From Pirellulales bacterium (GTDB lineage Bacteria; Planctomycetota; Planctomycetia; Pirellulales; Lacipirellulaceae), in NCBI GenBank assembly GCA_963704265.1, contig CAVPHI010000003.1:189183-253182 (forward strand): a DNA stretch of 64,000 bases. Direction: 5' to 3'. The position numbers and the translations under genes are program-made. Below, in pieces: positions 40,190 to 50,455 of the stretch. Under the pieces are notes generated by a model. It had not been told where the DNA came from, searched no databases, and worked only from the letters and a program-made list of their open reading frames with translations. Position 1 is the stretch's first letter. Every line of letters starts with the position of its first letter.

Positions 40190-41221
40190 TCACGCACTCA
40201 TGTTCGCTCGAGCGAGTAGCCGCGCGGCGTCGATAACCTGTTCTTCACTGGGAATGTAATACTTCTCGAGGGGAGGTGAAAATGGCACGGGAGTGTGGGG
40301 GGGGGACACAATCACCGGCGCGGCATCCAGATAGTCAAACGCCTTGATGGAAATTAGAGCCACAATGTCCGTGGCCATCGAGCAGCGGGGATGATCTTCA
40401 TCAATTACAATGACGCGTTCCGTCTTGCGAACGGATTGGAGAATCACCTCTTCGTCTAGGGGAGAGATTGTTCGCGGGTCAATGACTTCGGCACTTATCC
40501 CCTCGCGGGCGAGGGCATCGGCGGCCTTTAATGCGACCTCTACCATTCGTGACAAGGCCACGATCGTGAGGTCCGTCCCCTCACGAACGGTACGGCCCTT
40601 ACCAATTGGTACAAGGTGCTCACCAGTCGGCACGGGCCCCTTCACGTCGTACAGCAGTTTGTTTTCAAAGAACACTACAGGGTCATCGTCACGGATGGCA
40701 GACTTTAGTAATCCTTTGGCGTCGGCGGGGGTCGCGGGGACGACGCACTTGATACCGGGGAAGTGGGCCAGTACCGAGTAGAGAATATCCGAATGCTGCG
40801 CAGCTGCTCCAGCTCCAGCACCAATGGTTGTCCGTATCACCAATGGCACATTCGCTTTACCTCCAAACATGTAACGGAATTTCGCCGCTTGGTTGACAAC
40901 TTGATCCAAACACACGCCGACGAAACCTACAAACATGAGTTCAACTACAGGCCGCAGGCCACCTAGAGCCGCCCCCGTGGCAGCGCCAATAATCGCCGAC
41001 TCAGAAATCGGCGTATCCAAGACGCGTTCCTTTCCAAATTGTCCGAGCAATCCCTTCGTAACACCAAGCACGCCACCCCACGAATCACACATTTCGGGAT
41101 CGTCGTTTTGTGCGCCGCCTGCAATGTCTTCTCCAAGGATAATCACGTTCTTATCCCGTCGCATCTCTTCGCAAAGCGCCTCATTAATCGCTTCACGATA
41201 ACTGATCATTCGTTGTGTCAT
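40190..41221 (-). CDS. 2-oxoacid (acetoin/pyruvate-type) dehydrogenase E1 component, beta subunit
   Basis: 'MTQRMISYREAINEALCEEMRRDKNVIILGEDI' and 'RVLDTPISESAIIGAATGAALGGLRPVVELMF' are typical transketolase-like E1 beta motifs. Confidence 0.85.
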   Translation of the reverse strand: MTQRMISYREAINEALCEEMRRDKNVIILGEDIAGGAQNDDPEMCDSWGGVLGVTKGLLGQFGKERVLDTPISESAIIGAATGAALGGLRPVVELMFVGFVGVCLDQVVNQAAKFRYMFGGKANVPLVIRTTIGAGAGAAAQHSDILYSVLAHFPGIKCVVPATPADAKGLLKSAIRDDDPVVFFENKLLYDVKGPVPTGEHLVPIGKGRTVREGTDLTIVALSRMVEVALKAADALAREGISAEVIDPRTISPLDEEVILQSVRKTERVIVIDEDHPRCSMATDIVALISIKAFDYLDAAPVIVSPPHTPVPFSPPLEKYYIPSEEQVIDAARLLARANMSA

Positions 41222-41241
41222 AGTATCTTCGACCCCGCTGC

Positions 41242-42243
41242 TCAGTAACTTACGTACACATCGGTCAAACACTCTTCCGGATCTGGGAATGGCGCTGATT
41301 GCGCAAAGTCAATCGCCGCCCGCATGTTTTCATCCACCTGTTGGTCGATGGCATGCATTTCATCAGGGCTGATTGCCGCCAGTGGCGCAATCGCCTCGGC
41401 AAATATCTTAAGCGGATCGCGTTGTCGATACTCGGCTTGCTCCGCGGCGGTTCTGTACTTCATGGCATCACCCTCGAAGTGTCCGTAGTAACGATAAGTC
41501 TTCGCCTCGATCAGGGTGGGGCCTCCGCCGTTGCGAGCGCGCAGGACGGCCTGCTTCGCGACCGTGTATACCTCAATTACGTCCTGGCCATCCACGACGA
41601 TACCAGGCATCCCATACGACACGGCACGATTGGCAATGTCCTCAACCGCCGTCGAATAGCTTGGGGCCGTTGCTTCGGCATATCCGTTATTCTCGCAAAC
41701 AAACACGCAAGGAAGGTTCCAGATCGATGCTAGATTAAGAGCTTCGTGAAAGGTTCCTTGGTTGCTGGCGCCGTCGCCAAAGAAACAAACGCTGACCTGC
41801 CCGGTCTTGAGAGTTTTCGACGCCAGCGCTGCTCCCGCTGCTAACGGCAGACCTGCACCGACGATTCCGTTGGCGCCGAGCATACCTTTGGAGACGTCCG
41901 CAATATGCATCGATCCACCTTTGCCCTTACACACCCCTGTGACCCGGCCGTAGATTTCCGCCAACATGGGTTTAAGTGTCACGCCCTTTGCCAGACAGTG
42001 TCCGTGTCCTCGATGAGTTGAAGTGACATAGTCGTGTGGTTCGAGAGCGGCGATGACGCCTACGGCTACGGCCTCCTCGCCAGCATACAAATGTACGAAT
42101 CCAGGAATCTCCCCACCTGCAAACAGCTCGTGCAGTTTGTCCTCGAACGTGCGGATTGTCCTCATCTGTTCGTACATCTTGAGCAAAGCGTCGTGACCTA
42201 ACATATCTACTTGCTCTTTGCGAGCGATGCAGTTACTTGTCAT
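41242..42243 (-). CDS. 2-oxoacid dehydrogenase E1 component, alpha subunit (TPP-binding)
   Basis: 'LLKMYEQMRTIRTFEDKLHELFAGGEIPGFVHLYAGEEAVAVGV', 'SVCFFGDGASNQGTFHEALNLASIWNLPCVFVCENNGYA'. The ATG at 42243 overlaps the E2 stop region by 11 nt. Confidence 0.85.
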   Translation of the reverse strand: MTSNCIARKEQVDMLGHDALLKMYEQMRTIRTFEDKLHELFAGGEIPGFVHLYAGEEAVAVGVIAALEPHDYVTSTHRGHGHCLAKGVTLKPMLAEIYGRVTGVCKGKGGSMHIADVSKGMLGANGIVGAGLPLAAGAALASKTLKTGQVSVCFFGDGASNQGTFHEALNLASIWNLPCVFVCENNGYAEATAPSYSTAVEDIANRAVSYGMPGIVVDGQDVIEVYTVAKQAVLRARNGGGPTLIEAKTYRYYGHFEGDAMKYRTAAEQAEYRQRDPLKIFAEAIAPLAAISPDEMHAIDQQVDENMRAAIDFAQSAPFPDPEECLTDVYVSY

Positions 42244-43427
42244 ACGATTTCGCCTCCAAGTCCATGTTCTCAAGTTGTGTGATAAGATCTTTGAGGAACG
42301 CGGCACCGGCTGCCCCATCAGCCACGCGGTGGTCAAGAGTAAGGCCGAGCGACATTCTCTGGCGAAACACCACCCCCCCACCGTCGACAGGTGCTGCAAC
42401 GTTTTGGACACGTCCCACGGAGAGAATTGCAGCTTGAGGTGGGTTGATCAACGCTTGAAAATAGTCCACTGGGTACATACCCAAGTTTGTAATCGTAAAC
42501 GTACCGCCCCGCGTGTGTGTGTCCGTAATTCGTCGTGACCTCACAAGTTCGACGAGTCGCCTGCGTTCGACCCCGATCTGTTCTAAAGTAAGTTCGCCGG
42601 CGTCGCGGATCACCGGAATAAGGAGTCCATGGTCTATTGCGACAGCCAGTCCAATGTGAGCCTTTGTGTATAGACGAATCATTTCGTTTTCATACGACGC
42701 GTGAAGGTACTTGTGAACCTGCAATGCTTTTGCGGCAGCAAGGACTATGAAATCGTCGTAAGCGACCTCGGGTGTTGCTGTATGGTAGGCAACGAGAGAC
42801 GAAACATCGGCACTAGCACAAAGGAACACCGTGGGGACTAAAGAAGATCTGGCAACCGTGTTCGCAATTGCACGGCGCGTTGCCGACATGGGTTCGACGG
42901 TGCTTTCAACGCCAGAACGCAGTAGACGTTTGTTGAGCAGCAAGCAGGACGTCTTCTTTGACGATTCGCCCGTCACGAGCCGAACCCACGATCAAGCTCA
43001 AGTCAACACCCAACTCTCTAGCCAATCGGCGAACAGCGGGCGAAGAGGTTGGACGCGCGGCGATTGAAGAAGTGGAGGCAGTCCGCTGGTTCGTTTCGGG
43101 CAAAGAGGAGGTGGGAGAGACTGGCTGCGTCGGCGTCGCGCACGAAGTTGCACCTTGGGTGTCTGCTGGAATATCATCCTCTGTTTCGCCGTCGAGCAGG
43201 ATCCAGGCGATTGTGTCAGCAACTCCTATCACGTCACCAGGGGCAGCCACGTGAACCGCGAGGATTCCGCTAGCAGGTGATTCCAGATCGCTAACAATCT
43301 TGTCCGATTCGACCTCGGCAAGAGTTTGCTTCAGCGCAACCCGTTCCCCAGCAGCAACCAGCCACCGGACTAGCGTGGCTTCCCGCATCGTCATCCCCAG
43401 CTTGGGCATTCTTACTGGAGTCGGCAT
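42233..43427 (-). CDS. Dihydrolipoamide acyltransferase (E2), one frame break
   Basis: It has a lipoyl domain 'MPKLGMTMREATLVRWLVAAGERV...LAEVESDKIVSDLESP' and an E3-binding region 'PAVRRLARELGVDLSLIVGSARDGRIVKEDV' in ORF 42906-43427. The catalytic domain '...MSATRRAIANTVARS...TLDHRVADGAAGAAFL' is in ORF 42233-42976. The frame switch is about 42906-42935. Confidence 0.85.
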
Positions 43428-43483
43428 TTTGTCATCTTTCTGTGTACATGACAGTCACGTTTCATATCAAACCAGACCACTGG

Positions 43484-44530
43484 CTACTGAATCATGAACC
43501 GATAAGCAGTTGAACTAAAGTAAGTTTCTCCAGGCCTAAGAACGGTACTGGGGAACTCGGGTCGATGGGGGGTATCAGGAAAGTGCTGTGTGTTGAGGCA
43601 AAACCCTTGATCAGCCTGATAGATGGAATGATCCGCGCCTTTCTCGTTCTGAAGGTGACTCGCCGTGTACAAGTGAACGCTTGGCTCAGTCGTGAGTATC
43701 TCTAACGTTCGTCCTGAAGAAGGATCCGATGCCACAGCGATGAGGGATAGGCCTGGTCTCTCGCGGTGAGTGACAAAACTGTGGTTGTATTCCGTTGGCC
43801 TTCCCCGTGAACCCGCTCCGATTTTCTTGGACTTGGTAAAGTCAAACGGAGTCCCCTCAACTCGCCTGATCTCGCCAGTTGGAACACCATGGTCGTCAAC
43901 AACCAAAAAGTGCCCGCAATACAGAACCAGTTCGTGATCTCGAATACTTCCACTGTCGTGACCGGCAAGATTGAAATACGAATGATTCGTCAGGTTCACG
44001 TGCGTGGGGCTGTCGGTCATTGCCGCGTAGTCGATTCGAAGCTCATTATTAACACTGAGGTGATAGGAGATTTTCACTCGGAGGTTTCCGGGGTAGCCCT
44101 GGTCACCAGCGGCACTCGTTGTTTGCAGCACCACGCCGACACCATCGTTACTCGTTCTTGGAACAGCGAGCCACACACGATGCGACAAGCCGCTTGTGTC
44201 TCCAAAGGCATGACGCCCTATGCTGTCTGACGTCACGTCGTACCGGGCGCCATCCAATACGAAAGAGTTTCCATTGATTGCCCCCGCGTACCGCCCGACC
44301 GTTGCGCCGAAATAAGACTTGCCATGCTCGTACTCTACGAGGGAATCGTAGCCCAGGACACAGTTTCTGGCTAATCCGTCACGATCCGGAAGCTCCAGAG
44401 AAATGAGCGTGGCTCCGTAATTCATGATGGTGGCCACGGTTCCGCGCTTGTTCTCCAAGCGGAACACCTTCACTTCCTCACCACCAGCCGTGGTTCCAAA
44501 GTCACCAGTTGTAAGTTCCACTTGTAGCAT
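43484..44530 (-). CDS. galM: Aldose 1-epimerase (galactose mutarotase)
   Basis: 'NYGATLISLELPD', 'YFGATVGRYAGAINGNSFVLDGARY', 'GYPGNLRVKISYHL', 'LTNHSYFNLAG', 'GFCLNTQHFPDTPH'. The probable start is 'MLQVELTTG'. Confidence 0.85.
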   Translation of the reverse strand: MLQVELTTGDFGTTAGGEEVKVFRLENKRGTVATIMNYGATLISLELPDRDGLARNCVLGYDSLVEYEHGKSYFGATVGRYAGAINGNSFVLDGARYDVTSDSIGRHAFGDTSGLSHRVWLAVPRTSNDGVGVVLQTTSAAGDQGYPGNLRVKISYHLSVNNELRIDYAAMTDSPTHVNLTNHSYFNLAGHDSGSIRDHELVLYCGHFLVVDDHGVPTGEIRRVEGTPFDFTKSKKIGAGSRGRPTEYNHSFVTHRERPGLSLIAVASDPSSGRTLEILTTEPSVHLYTASHLQNEKGADHSIYQADQGFCLNTQHFPDTPHRPEFPSTVLRPGETYFSSTAYRFMIQ

Positions 44531-45228
44531 CCATCGACCGCGATAACTCGACCATTTACCGCTTTGACATTGTGGGGTGCCGACGGCACACTTTCGCAGT
44601 GATGTGAGAGAGTGTGACAACTCGACAGTGACCCTAATGTCACCACTATGCCGCAGTGCAGAATCTCATCACTTCATGCCTGCCATTCCGCAGCGATGCT
44701 CCGTAGCCTAGCCGGAGCGTGCGATCTGTTTGCGGCGAGTAGCTCGCGGATACACGTAGCTGCAACTCTTCGCTTATACATGGTCGGCAAAATCATAGCA
44801 ATCGAGCGGCGTGTGCCGATTCCAACACTATTTACAGGCAACCCTTGCATTGCGCGAACTTCGCTTGCTTCGTAAATGCCTCGCCCAAAAGGATATTCTG
44901 CGCGTCAATTGTCCTTCCGATTCATTCTTCTAGGACGGCGAGGATGGTGTCGTATGGCGAAAGTCTTACGTGTTTTTACAAAGATTATACTTCCGACCAC
45001 GCGTGAACAGATTGGATAATCCAAGACTAAGGGAGTCGGCACCGCAACTTCGCCGCATTGCGGATGAAGTCACACTCTTGACGACGCCTGCTGCATGTGC
45101 CGACTGCGGAAATATATGCCTGGCCTTCAGATGCTCGGAAGGGCTACGAACATAAGGGCAGCAAGCAGACAAAGCGTTTCAATTGCTACGTCTCACTCAC
45201 GTTATCAACTTTGAGATTCTTATATCCT

Positions 45229-45990
45229 ATGAGTGCGCTAAGTAACCGAATTGCGATAGTTACTGGAGCTAGTTCAGGTATAGGTAGAGCAACCGCCTGC
45301 CGTTTTGCCCAAGAAGGGGCCACTGTCTATGCGCTAGCTCGACGTGGTGACCGATTAAATGAACTGAGCAAGGAGAGTAACCGCATCATACCGGCTCCCT
45401 GTGATTTATTGGATCACCGACACCTCGCGGGATGCGTGGAACAGATAGTCAATCAGAACGGCAGGATAGACGTGTTGGTGAACAACGCTGGATTCAGCTA
45501 CTACGAACGCCATCAAGACAGTTCACTAGAACATTGGCGGCACACTCAAGCCGTAAACATCGAGGCAATGTACGTCCTTGCAAAGCTGGTCGTTCCTCAC
45601 ATGATCGAGCGCCGCTACGGACGCATTGTAAACGTGTCGTCCACGCAATCGCTTGCCGCGGAGGGGGTGGCTGGCGCATACGCTGCCAGTAAAGGTGCGA
45701 TCAATGCTTGGAGCCGTAGTATGGCGGTAGACTTGGCGGAATACGGAATACTGGTCAACGTCGTGGCACCGGGCTGTACGCACACGGAAATGTCTGTCAT
45801 TGGCGGAATTGATGAAACAACCACGGACTGCTTTCAAGAATGGTACGTCAAGAACCGCAAGATCCCTTTAGCGCGTGCTGGCAGTTCCGATGAAATTGCA
45901 AGTGCTATCCTGTTTCTGAGTGGTGAGGAATGCACGTACGTTACTGGGCATGCCTTGGTCGTTGATGGAGGTCTTACAATCACTTTCTAG
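45229..45990 (+). CDS. Short-chain dehydrogenase/reductase
   Basis: 'IAIVTGASSGIGRATA', 'NNAG', 'YAASKGA', 'VVDGGLTITF'. The upstream 44 codons of the listed ORF are probably non-coding. Confidence 0.85.
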   Translation: MSALSNRIAIVTGASSGIGRATACRFAQEGATVYALARRGDRLNELSKESNRIIPAPCDLLDHRHLAGCVEQIVNQNGRIDVLVNNAGFSYYERHQDSSLEHWRHTQAVNIEAMYVLAKLVVPHMIERRYGRIVNVSSTQSLAAEGVAGAYAASKGAINAWSRSMAVDLAEYGILVNVVAPGCTHTEMSVIGGIDETTTDCFQEWYVKNRKIPLARAGSSDEIASAILFLSGEECTYVTGHALVVDGGLTITF

Positions 45991-46099
45991 TTGACGGCAA
46001 CTTCCAACGCGTGATGCGAATCGCAAAGCGTCGCCAGCACTGCCCGGTCAAAGTTTCCGAAATCTGAGTAGCTTCCTAGAACGCACGGGAGTTTGTCGC

Positions 46100-47269
46100 G
46101 TGAAAATCACTGGAATTGACTGCCATATTCTTGTTGTCCCGGATTATGATCAGGACGCGTGTAGTTCCGCGCAAGACGTGATTGTCGTTGAAGTTCATAC
46201 GGACGAAGGTATTAGCGGCATCGGGGAAACAGATACGAACCCATGGATCGCACGTGCCTGTATCCAAGCACGTGGAACGCACTGCTTGGGGCGAGGCATT
46301 CAAGAAATGCTTCTAGGAGAAGACCCACTGCAGCCAGAACGTATTTGGCAGAAGATCTATACGGCATCCAAGATGACGGGCCGGCGGGGAGCCATGATTT
46401 GCGCCATGGGAGCGATCGACATGGCACTCTGGGACATTGTCGGCAAGGTGATGAACCAGCCGATATACAAGCTGTTTGGTGGAGCGGTCAAAGACTATAT
46501 CATCCCCTATGCAAGCCTCTTGCCAGCCGGCCACACACTCAAGGAATATCGCGAGAACCTCGTCAGAGACGCAATCCGAGCGAAGGAATACGGGTTCACC
46601 GCTGGGAAAATGGAAGTGTGTATCAAGGGGCCTTATGCACATAACCGGCTGGACGAAGGTGACGAAGCCATCATCGACGTGGTAACCGCTTGCCGGGACG
46701 CGGTTGGTCCAGATTTCACGATGATGGTCGATGTTTGTTACTGCTGGTCCAGCGCCAAGGAAGCATTACGAGTTCTAAATCGCCTCGAATCGTGCGATAT
46801 CTTCTTCTTCGAAACACCAATCGACATTGACGACCTGGAAGGGTACGCCTATTTGGCCTCGCATTCGCCCATTCCAATAGCCGCCGGAGAATTGCAGAAT
46901 ACGCATTGGGAATTCCTAGATCTAGCAGACCGTGGCAACCTCGATGTTCTTCAGCCGGACGTGGGCAGGGTCGGCGGGTTCAATGAGATGAGAAGGGTCG
47001 GTCAAATTGCTGCCGACCGAGGCAAGCTGATCGTCCCACACTGCTGGAAAACCGGCATCGGAATTGCCGCCACGGCTCACGCGGCCGCAACGATCTCTTG
47101 CTGCCCGTACATTGAATTCTTGCCCGCGGATCAATGTGAATCGGTACTGCGCAAAGAACTTGTCGTGGACGAGCTGCGAATAGTCGATGGCAGAATTCCG
47201 TTGCCAGAGAAACCGGGGCTTGGCGTGGAATTGAACAGGGACGCACTGCGAAAGTTCTCCCATGACTGA
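46100..47269 (+). CDS. Enolase-superfamily enzyme (mandelate racemase / sugar-acid dehydratase type)
   Basis: GTG start 'VKITGIDCHILVVP', 'GAIDMALWDIVGKVMNQPIYKLFGG', 'MVDVCYCWS', 'FFETPI', 'DVLQPDVGRVGG', 'HCWKTGIG'. Confidence 0.8.
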   Translation: MKITGIDCHILVVPDYDQDACSSAQDVIVVEVHTDEGISGIGETDTNPWIARACIQARGTHCLGRGIQEMLLGEDPLQPERIWQKIYTASKMTGRRGAMICAMGAIDMALWDIVGKVMNQPIYKLFGGAVKDYIIPYASLLPAGHTLKEYRENLVRDAIRAKEYGFTAGKMEVCIKGPYAHNRLDEGDEAIIDVVTACRDAVGPDFTMMVDVCYCWSSAKEALRVLNRLESCDIFFFETPIDIDDLEGYAYLASHSPIPIAAGELQNTHWEFLDLADRGNLDVLQPDVGRVGGFNEMRRVGQIAADRGKLIVPHCWKTGIGIAATAHAAATISCCPYIEFLPADQCESVLRKELVVDELRIVDGRIPLPEKPGLGVELNRDALRKFSHD

Positions 47270-47338
47270 CACCATGCGCATACTGGTCGCATCGAATCGG
47301 AACCAAGCGCGTGATGGATTCCCAGGATACACGTTGCT

Positions 47339-48148
47339 ATGAATACGCATGGACTCACGAACGCATTCACTTTGTTTCTCTGGTCGGTTCTTGCGACTGG
47401 ATGTTCCCGCGAAAGCACATCACCCGACGTTGCCCCCAGAGCGATTCGTTGCGAAGCACTCTATTCGGAAACGCCCATCCTGATCGACGGGCGTCTGGAT
47501 GAGGCCGTGTGGAAGAAATGCCCATCGTTCCGTCTAAGTGCGTTGCGAGACAACAAAGATTCCACTGAGGTTCAGGAACCCGGGGATGTGAGATTCGCTT
47601 GGGACGATACCTATTTCTACATTGCCGCGTCTTTCAAGGACTCAGACATTGTGGCCGAGGGGCACCGTGATCAGCTTCATCATTATCGGTTAGGAGATGT
47701 ATGCGAACTGTTCCTAAAGCCCGACGGTCAGAGTTGGTATTGGGAACTCTTTGCGACCCCAAAGAGCAAGAAGACTTGCTTCTGGTATCCAAGCAGGGGA
47801 CGACTGGGACTGCCGAGCTGTTTCGCGGATAGCGGCTCTGGTCTGGAAGTGGCCGCACAATTGTCTGGAACGCTCAACGATTGGACCGACGTCGATGAAG
47901 GCTGGACCGCGGAAGTGGCGGTTCCGATCAAGGAACTTACCTCCAGGGGTGAAAAGTTTGGCCCCGGAGCAACATGGCATCTGTGTGTCGGTCGTTACAA
48001 TTATTCGAAAAACCTTGACAACAGAGAACTTAGCACCTTTCCGGGGCTTTCACGAACTGACTTTCACTTATTCGAAGAGTATTCAGTACTTCATCTTCTC
48101 GATGTAAGTGGACGTGAAGCAGAAAAGGATGCGACGCAGGTAAGGTGA
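47339..48148 (+). CDS. Lipoprotein with carbohydrate-binding family 9 (CBM9/DOMON-like) domain
   Basis: It has a lipobox 'LWSVLATGCS', 'ILIDGRLDEAVWKKCP', 'VRFAWDDTYFYIAASFKDSDI', 'GDVCELFLKPDGQSWYWELFATP'. Confidence 0.6.
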   Translation: MNTHGLTNAFTLFLWSVLATGCSRESTSPDVAPRAIRCEALYSETPILIDGRLDEAVWKKCPSFRLSALRDNKDSTEVQEPGDVRFAWDDTYFYIAASFKDSDIVAEGHRDQLHHYRLGDVCELFLKPDGQSWYWELFATPKSKKTCFWYPSRGRLGLPSCFADSGSGLEVAAQLSGTLNDWTDVDEGWTAEVAVPIKELTSRGEKFGPGATWHLCVGRYNYSKNLDNRELSTFPGLSRTDFHLFEEYSVLHLLDVSGREAEKDATQVR

Positions 48149-48290
48149 GGAACCAGTCGGGAGCACGTTGCATGCTCACCGGTTTTGGATGGCGTTACCA
48201 AGCATCGTCCAGCCGGAGTCGCGGACAAATCATCCGAACTGCTCACCCCCAGTAACTTCACAAAGTTGTATCTATTTTAGAGGCCGGACC

Positions 48291-50363
48291 ATGCGATTGG
48301 ACAAATCTGAAATGCACCCGTATTTCGACGTATTCTCCATGAGTGGTGATGTCATCATTCAAGATGAGTCGAATTGTGGAGTCATTAACGGCAAGCTGAC
48401 GACGGGCATCCCTTATCGAAACGTCTTGACTGTCAATGGGCTGTGGGCGCCGCCCTTTGTGAGTTCCAATTTCGTTTTAGAAGGGAGAGTATTCGGAGAG
48501 AAAGTGCGTACCGAAGATTACGTGTGGCGTCCGTTCCAAGTCGAGCGTAGCGGGCAAATTCGCGACGTGCTAGTTTCCAGCGAGTGGACCTTGATCTATG
48601 GCCATCGCGCCGGTGTCTTGACGGTGGTAATCGAAAATAAAGGGAGTCAGCCCGCACCCGTGGATTTCATGTCCCTTGCCTGGCTTAGCCGCGAGGAAAA
48701 GTGGGGATTCCCTAGCCCCACGAGCTTTGGAGAGGCCGTCCCTAGAGCCGTGGCGAGCGGTTTGATTTTCCATCGGGGGGGCGTGGCCATCTACATCATC
48801 GGCCATGCAGAGAACTTGCGGTGGACGGTTTCTGGAAATCTCGGTAGCGCTTCGGTCGTCGTTCCTCCGGGTGAGACTCTATCTCTTCGTTTGGCCGTGT
48901 CAATCGGACCCGAAGAAGAGGCGCGAGTCAGTTGCGAGCAGCTTGCGAAGAATCCATTGGCGGCAGTTAAAGCAACTCAACGTGAGTACAGCGATCGAGT
49001 CTCGGGCATCTTTGAAAGACTCCCGCAACTGGTCAGTTCCAATTCTCGACTCGTCAATCTCTACAATCGCTCGCTCTTGCCCCTGCTGTTGAATCGATGG
49101 GAGGTCCCCGAATTCGTACTCAATCCTTACTACTCCACGGGCAGCATCAAGGGAGGTTGTGTCGGCAGTTACTTGTGGGACTTTGGCCAGGTCTGGAGGA
49201 TATTGCCCCTCTATGATCCAGAAGCTGTTCGGGAACATATCAAACAATACCTTCGAATCGATCTTACGAAGCACTTCCTATTTGATCCGCTCACGGGAAG
49301 TCCGGATGGACCATGGTATATGGTCAACCAGGAGAAGATCATTGGTCTCACGTACTACTACGTCGTAACGACTGGAGACACTAACTTCCTATCCGAGGTT
49401 GTTGATGGCGTCACCGTGGTCGAGCACATGATACGTCATGCCATGTATGGAGACAACGCGGACGAACCGCAGCGACTCATTGACTACGGTTCGTCCAATA
49501 GTCACTTGGAACTTCGCCGCGAATTCCCCTACAACCACGTGATGCCAGACCTCAATGGTCGCCGCTATGCCAGCTACCTCCTTACGAAGTCATTGTGCGA
49601 GCTAGCCGGCGTGCCGGCACCGTACTTGATCGAGCGAGCGGCTCAGTTAAAGCAGCTCTTCAAAGAGCGTCTCTGGGATTCAAGTACACGATGGTTGTGG
49701 TGTGTCAACGAGCACGGGAAGTATTTGCGCTACACAGTGCAGATGTTTAAGTTGTTCGGCAGCGGGATCCTTGATAAGGAAATGGAAAGTGGTCTGGCAA
49801 GTCACCTGAACGATGAAGAATTCCTGTCCGCCTATGGCCTGCATAGCATGTCGAAGAAGGACGCTGCCTACGACCAGCTCGATATCGACAACGGAGGGGG
49901 CGGTATCTGTACCGGATTTCCGGCTCAAGTGATCGAGAAGCTATATCGGGCAGGCTTCGCCGACCATGCCACGGATATTCTGGAACGCATTCTGTGGTGG
50001 GCCGAGGTCATGCCATATTGGGGAGACTCCGTCACCGCCAACTGCAAGGATTATCGGCGAGATACGCCGCTTCAAAATATGCTCGACGGGGCGGCTGTTG
50101 CACAATGCATTATTTTCGGTGCTTTCGGCGTTGACCCGCGGCCCGATGGAACCGTGGCAATTCATCCGCATTCGCTTGCCCTCTCACCCAGCATGGCTCT
50201 AAGGGCGTTGAAGATAAGAGGGATGGACATTGACATCTCGGTAGATGACACAACGTTCCGTGTGAGTTGTGATGACCGCACGCTTGGGCTTCCTCTCGGA
50301 GAAACCATCCTGCTTGATACTTCATCCGGACGTCTCCGTATGTGTCGCAATGCGATGCCATAA
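48291..50363 (+). CDS. Large uncharacterised protein, possibly an (alpha/alpha)6-barrel glycoside hydrolase
   Basis: 690-aa ORF from 'MRLDKSEMHPYF'. The C-terminal half has helical-barrel-like segments ('FLSAYGLHSMSKKDAAYD', 'EKLYRAGFADHATDILERILWW'). I recognise no exact family. Confidence 0.35.
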   Translation: MRLDKSEMHPYFDVFSMSGDVIIQDESNCGVINGKLTTGIPYRNVLTVNGLWAPPFVSSNFVLEGRVFGEKVRTEDYVWRPFQVERSGQIRDVLVSSEWTLIYGHRAGVLTVVIENKGSQPAPVDFMSLAWLSREEKWGFPSPTSFGEAVPRAVASGLIFHRGGVAIYIIGHAENLRWTVSGNLGSASVVVPPGETLSLRLAVSIGPEEEARVSCEQLAKNPLAAVKATQREYSDRVSGIFERLPQLVSSNSRLVNLYNRSLLPLLLNRWEVPEFVLNPYYSTGSIKGGCVGSYLWDFGQVWRILPLYDPEAVREHIKQYLRIDLTKHFLFDPLTGSPDGPWYMVNQEKIIGLTYYYVVTTGDTNFLSEVVDGVTVVEHMIRHAMYGDNADEPQRLIDYGSSNSHLELRREFPYNHVMPDLNGRRYASYLLTKSLCELAGVPAPYLIERAAQLKQLFKERLWDSSTRWLWCVNEHGKYLRYTVQMFKLFGSGILDKEMESGLASHLNDEEFLSAYGLHSMSKKDAAYDQLDIDNGGGGICTGFPAQVIEKLYRAGFADHATDILERILWWAEVMPYWGDSVTANCKDYRRDTPLQNMLDGAAVAQCIIFGAFGVDPRPDGTVAIHPHSLALSPSMALRALKIRGMDIDISVDDTTFRVSCDDRTLGLPLGETILLDTSSGRLRMCRNAMP

Positions 50364-50455
50364 CCATGGGAACGGTATTCGCGATCGCGCCCGCCAACTG
50401 CAATCTTTTCTAAAATCGGACACGACGAACATAGTAATCGCGGGCGAGGAATAAC

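Noticed and set aside
44690-44900. Minus-strand translation '...VGIGTRRSIAMILPTMYKRRVAATCIRELLAANRS...' resembling the N-terminus of a XylR-type regulator in the 600-nt spacer upstream of galM
   Set aside because: The similarity is loose, covers under 70 codons, and has no start codon or continuation. It could be a further gene remnant, but I cannot support that from the sequence alone.
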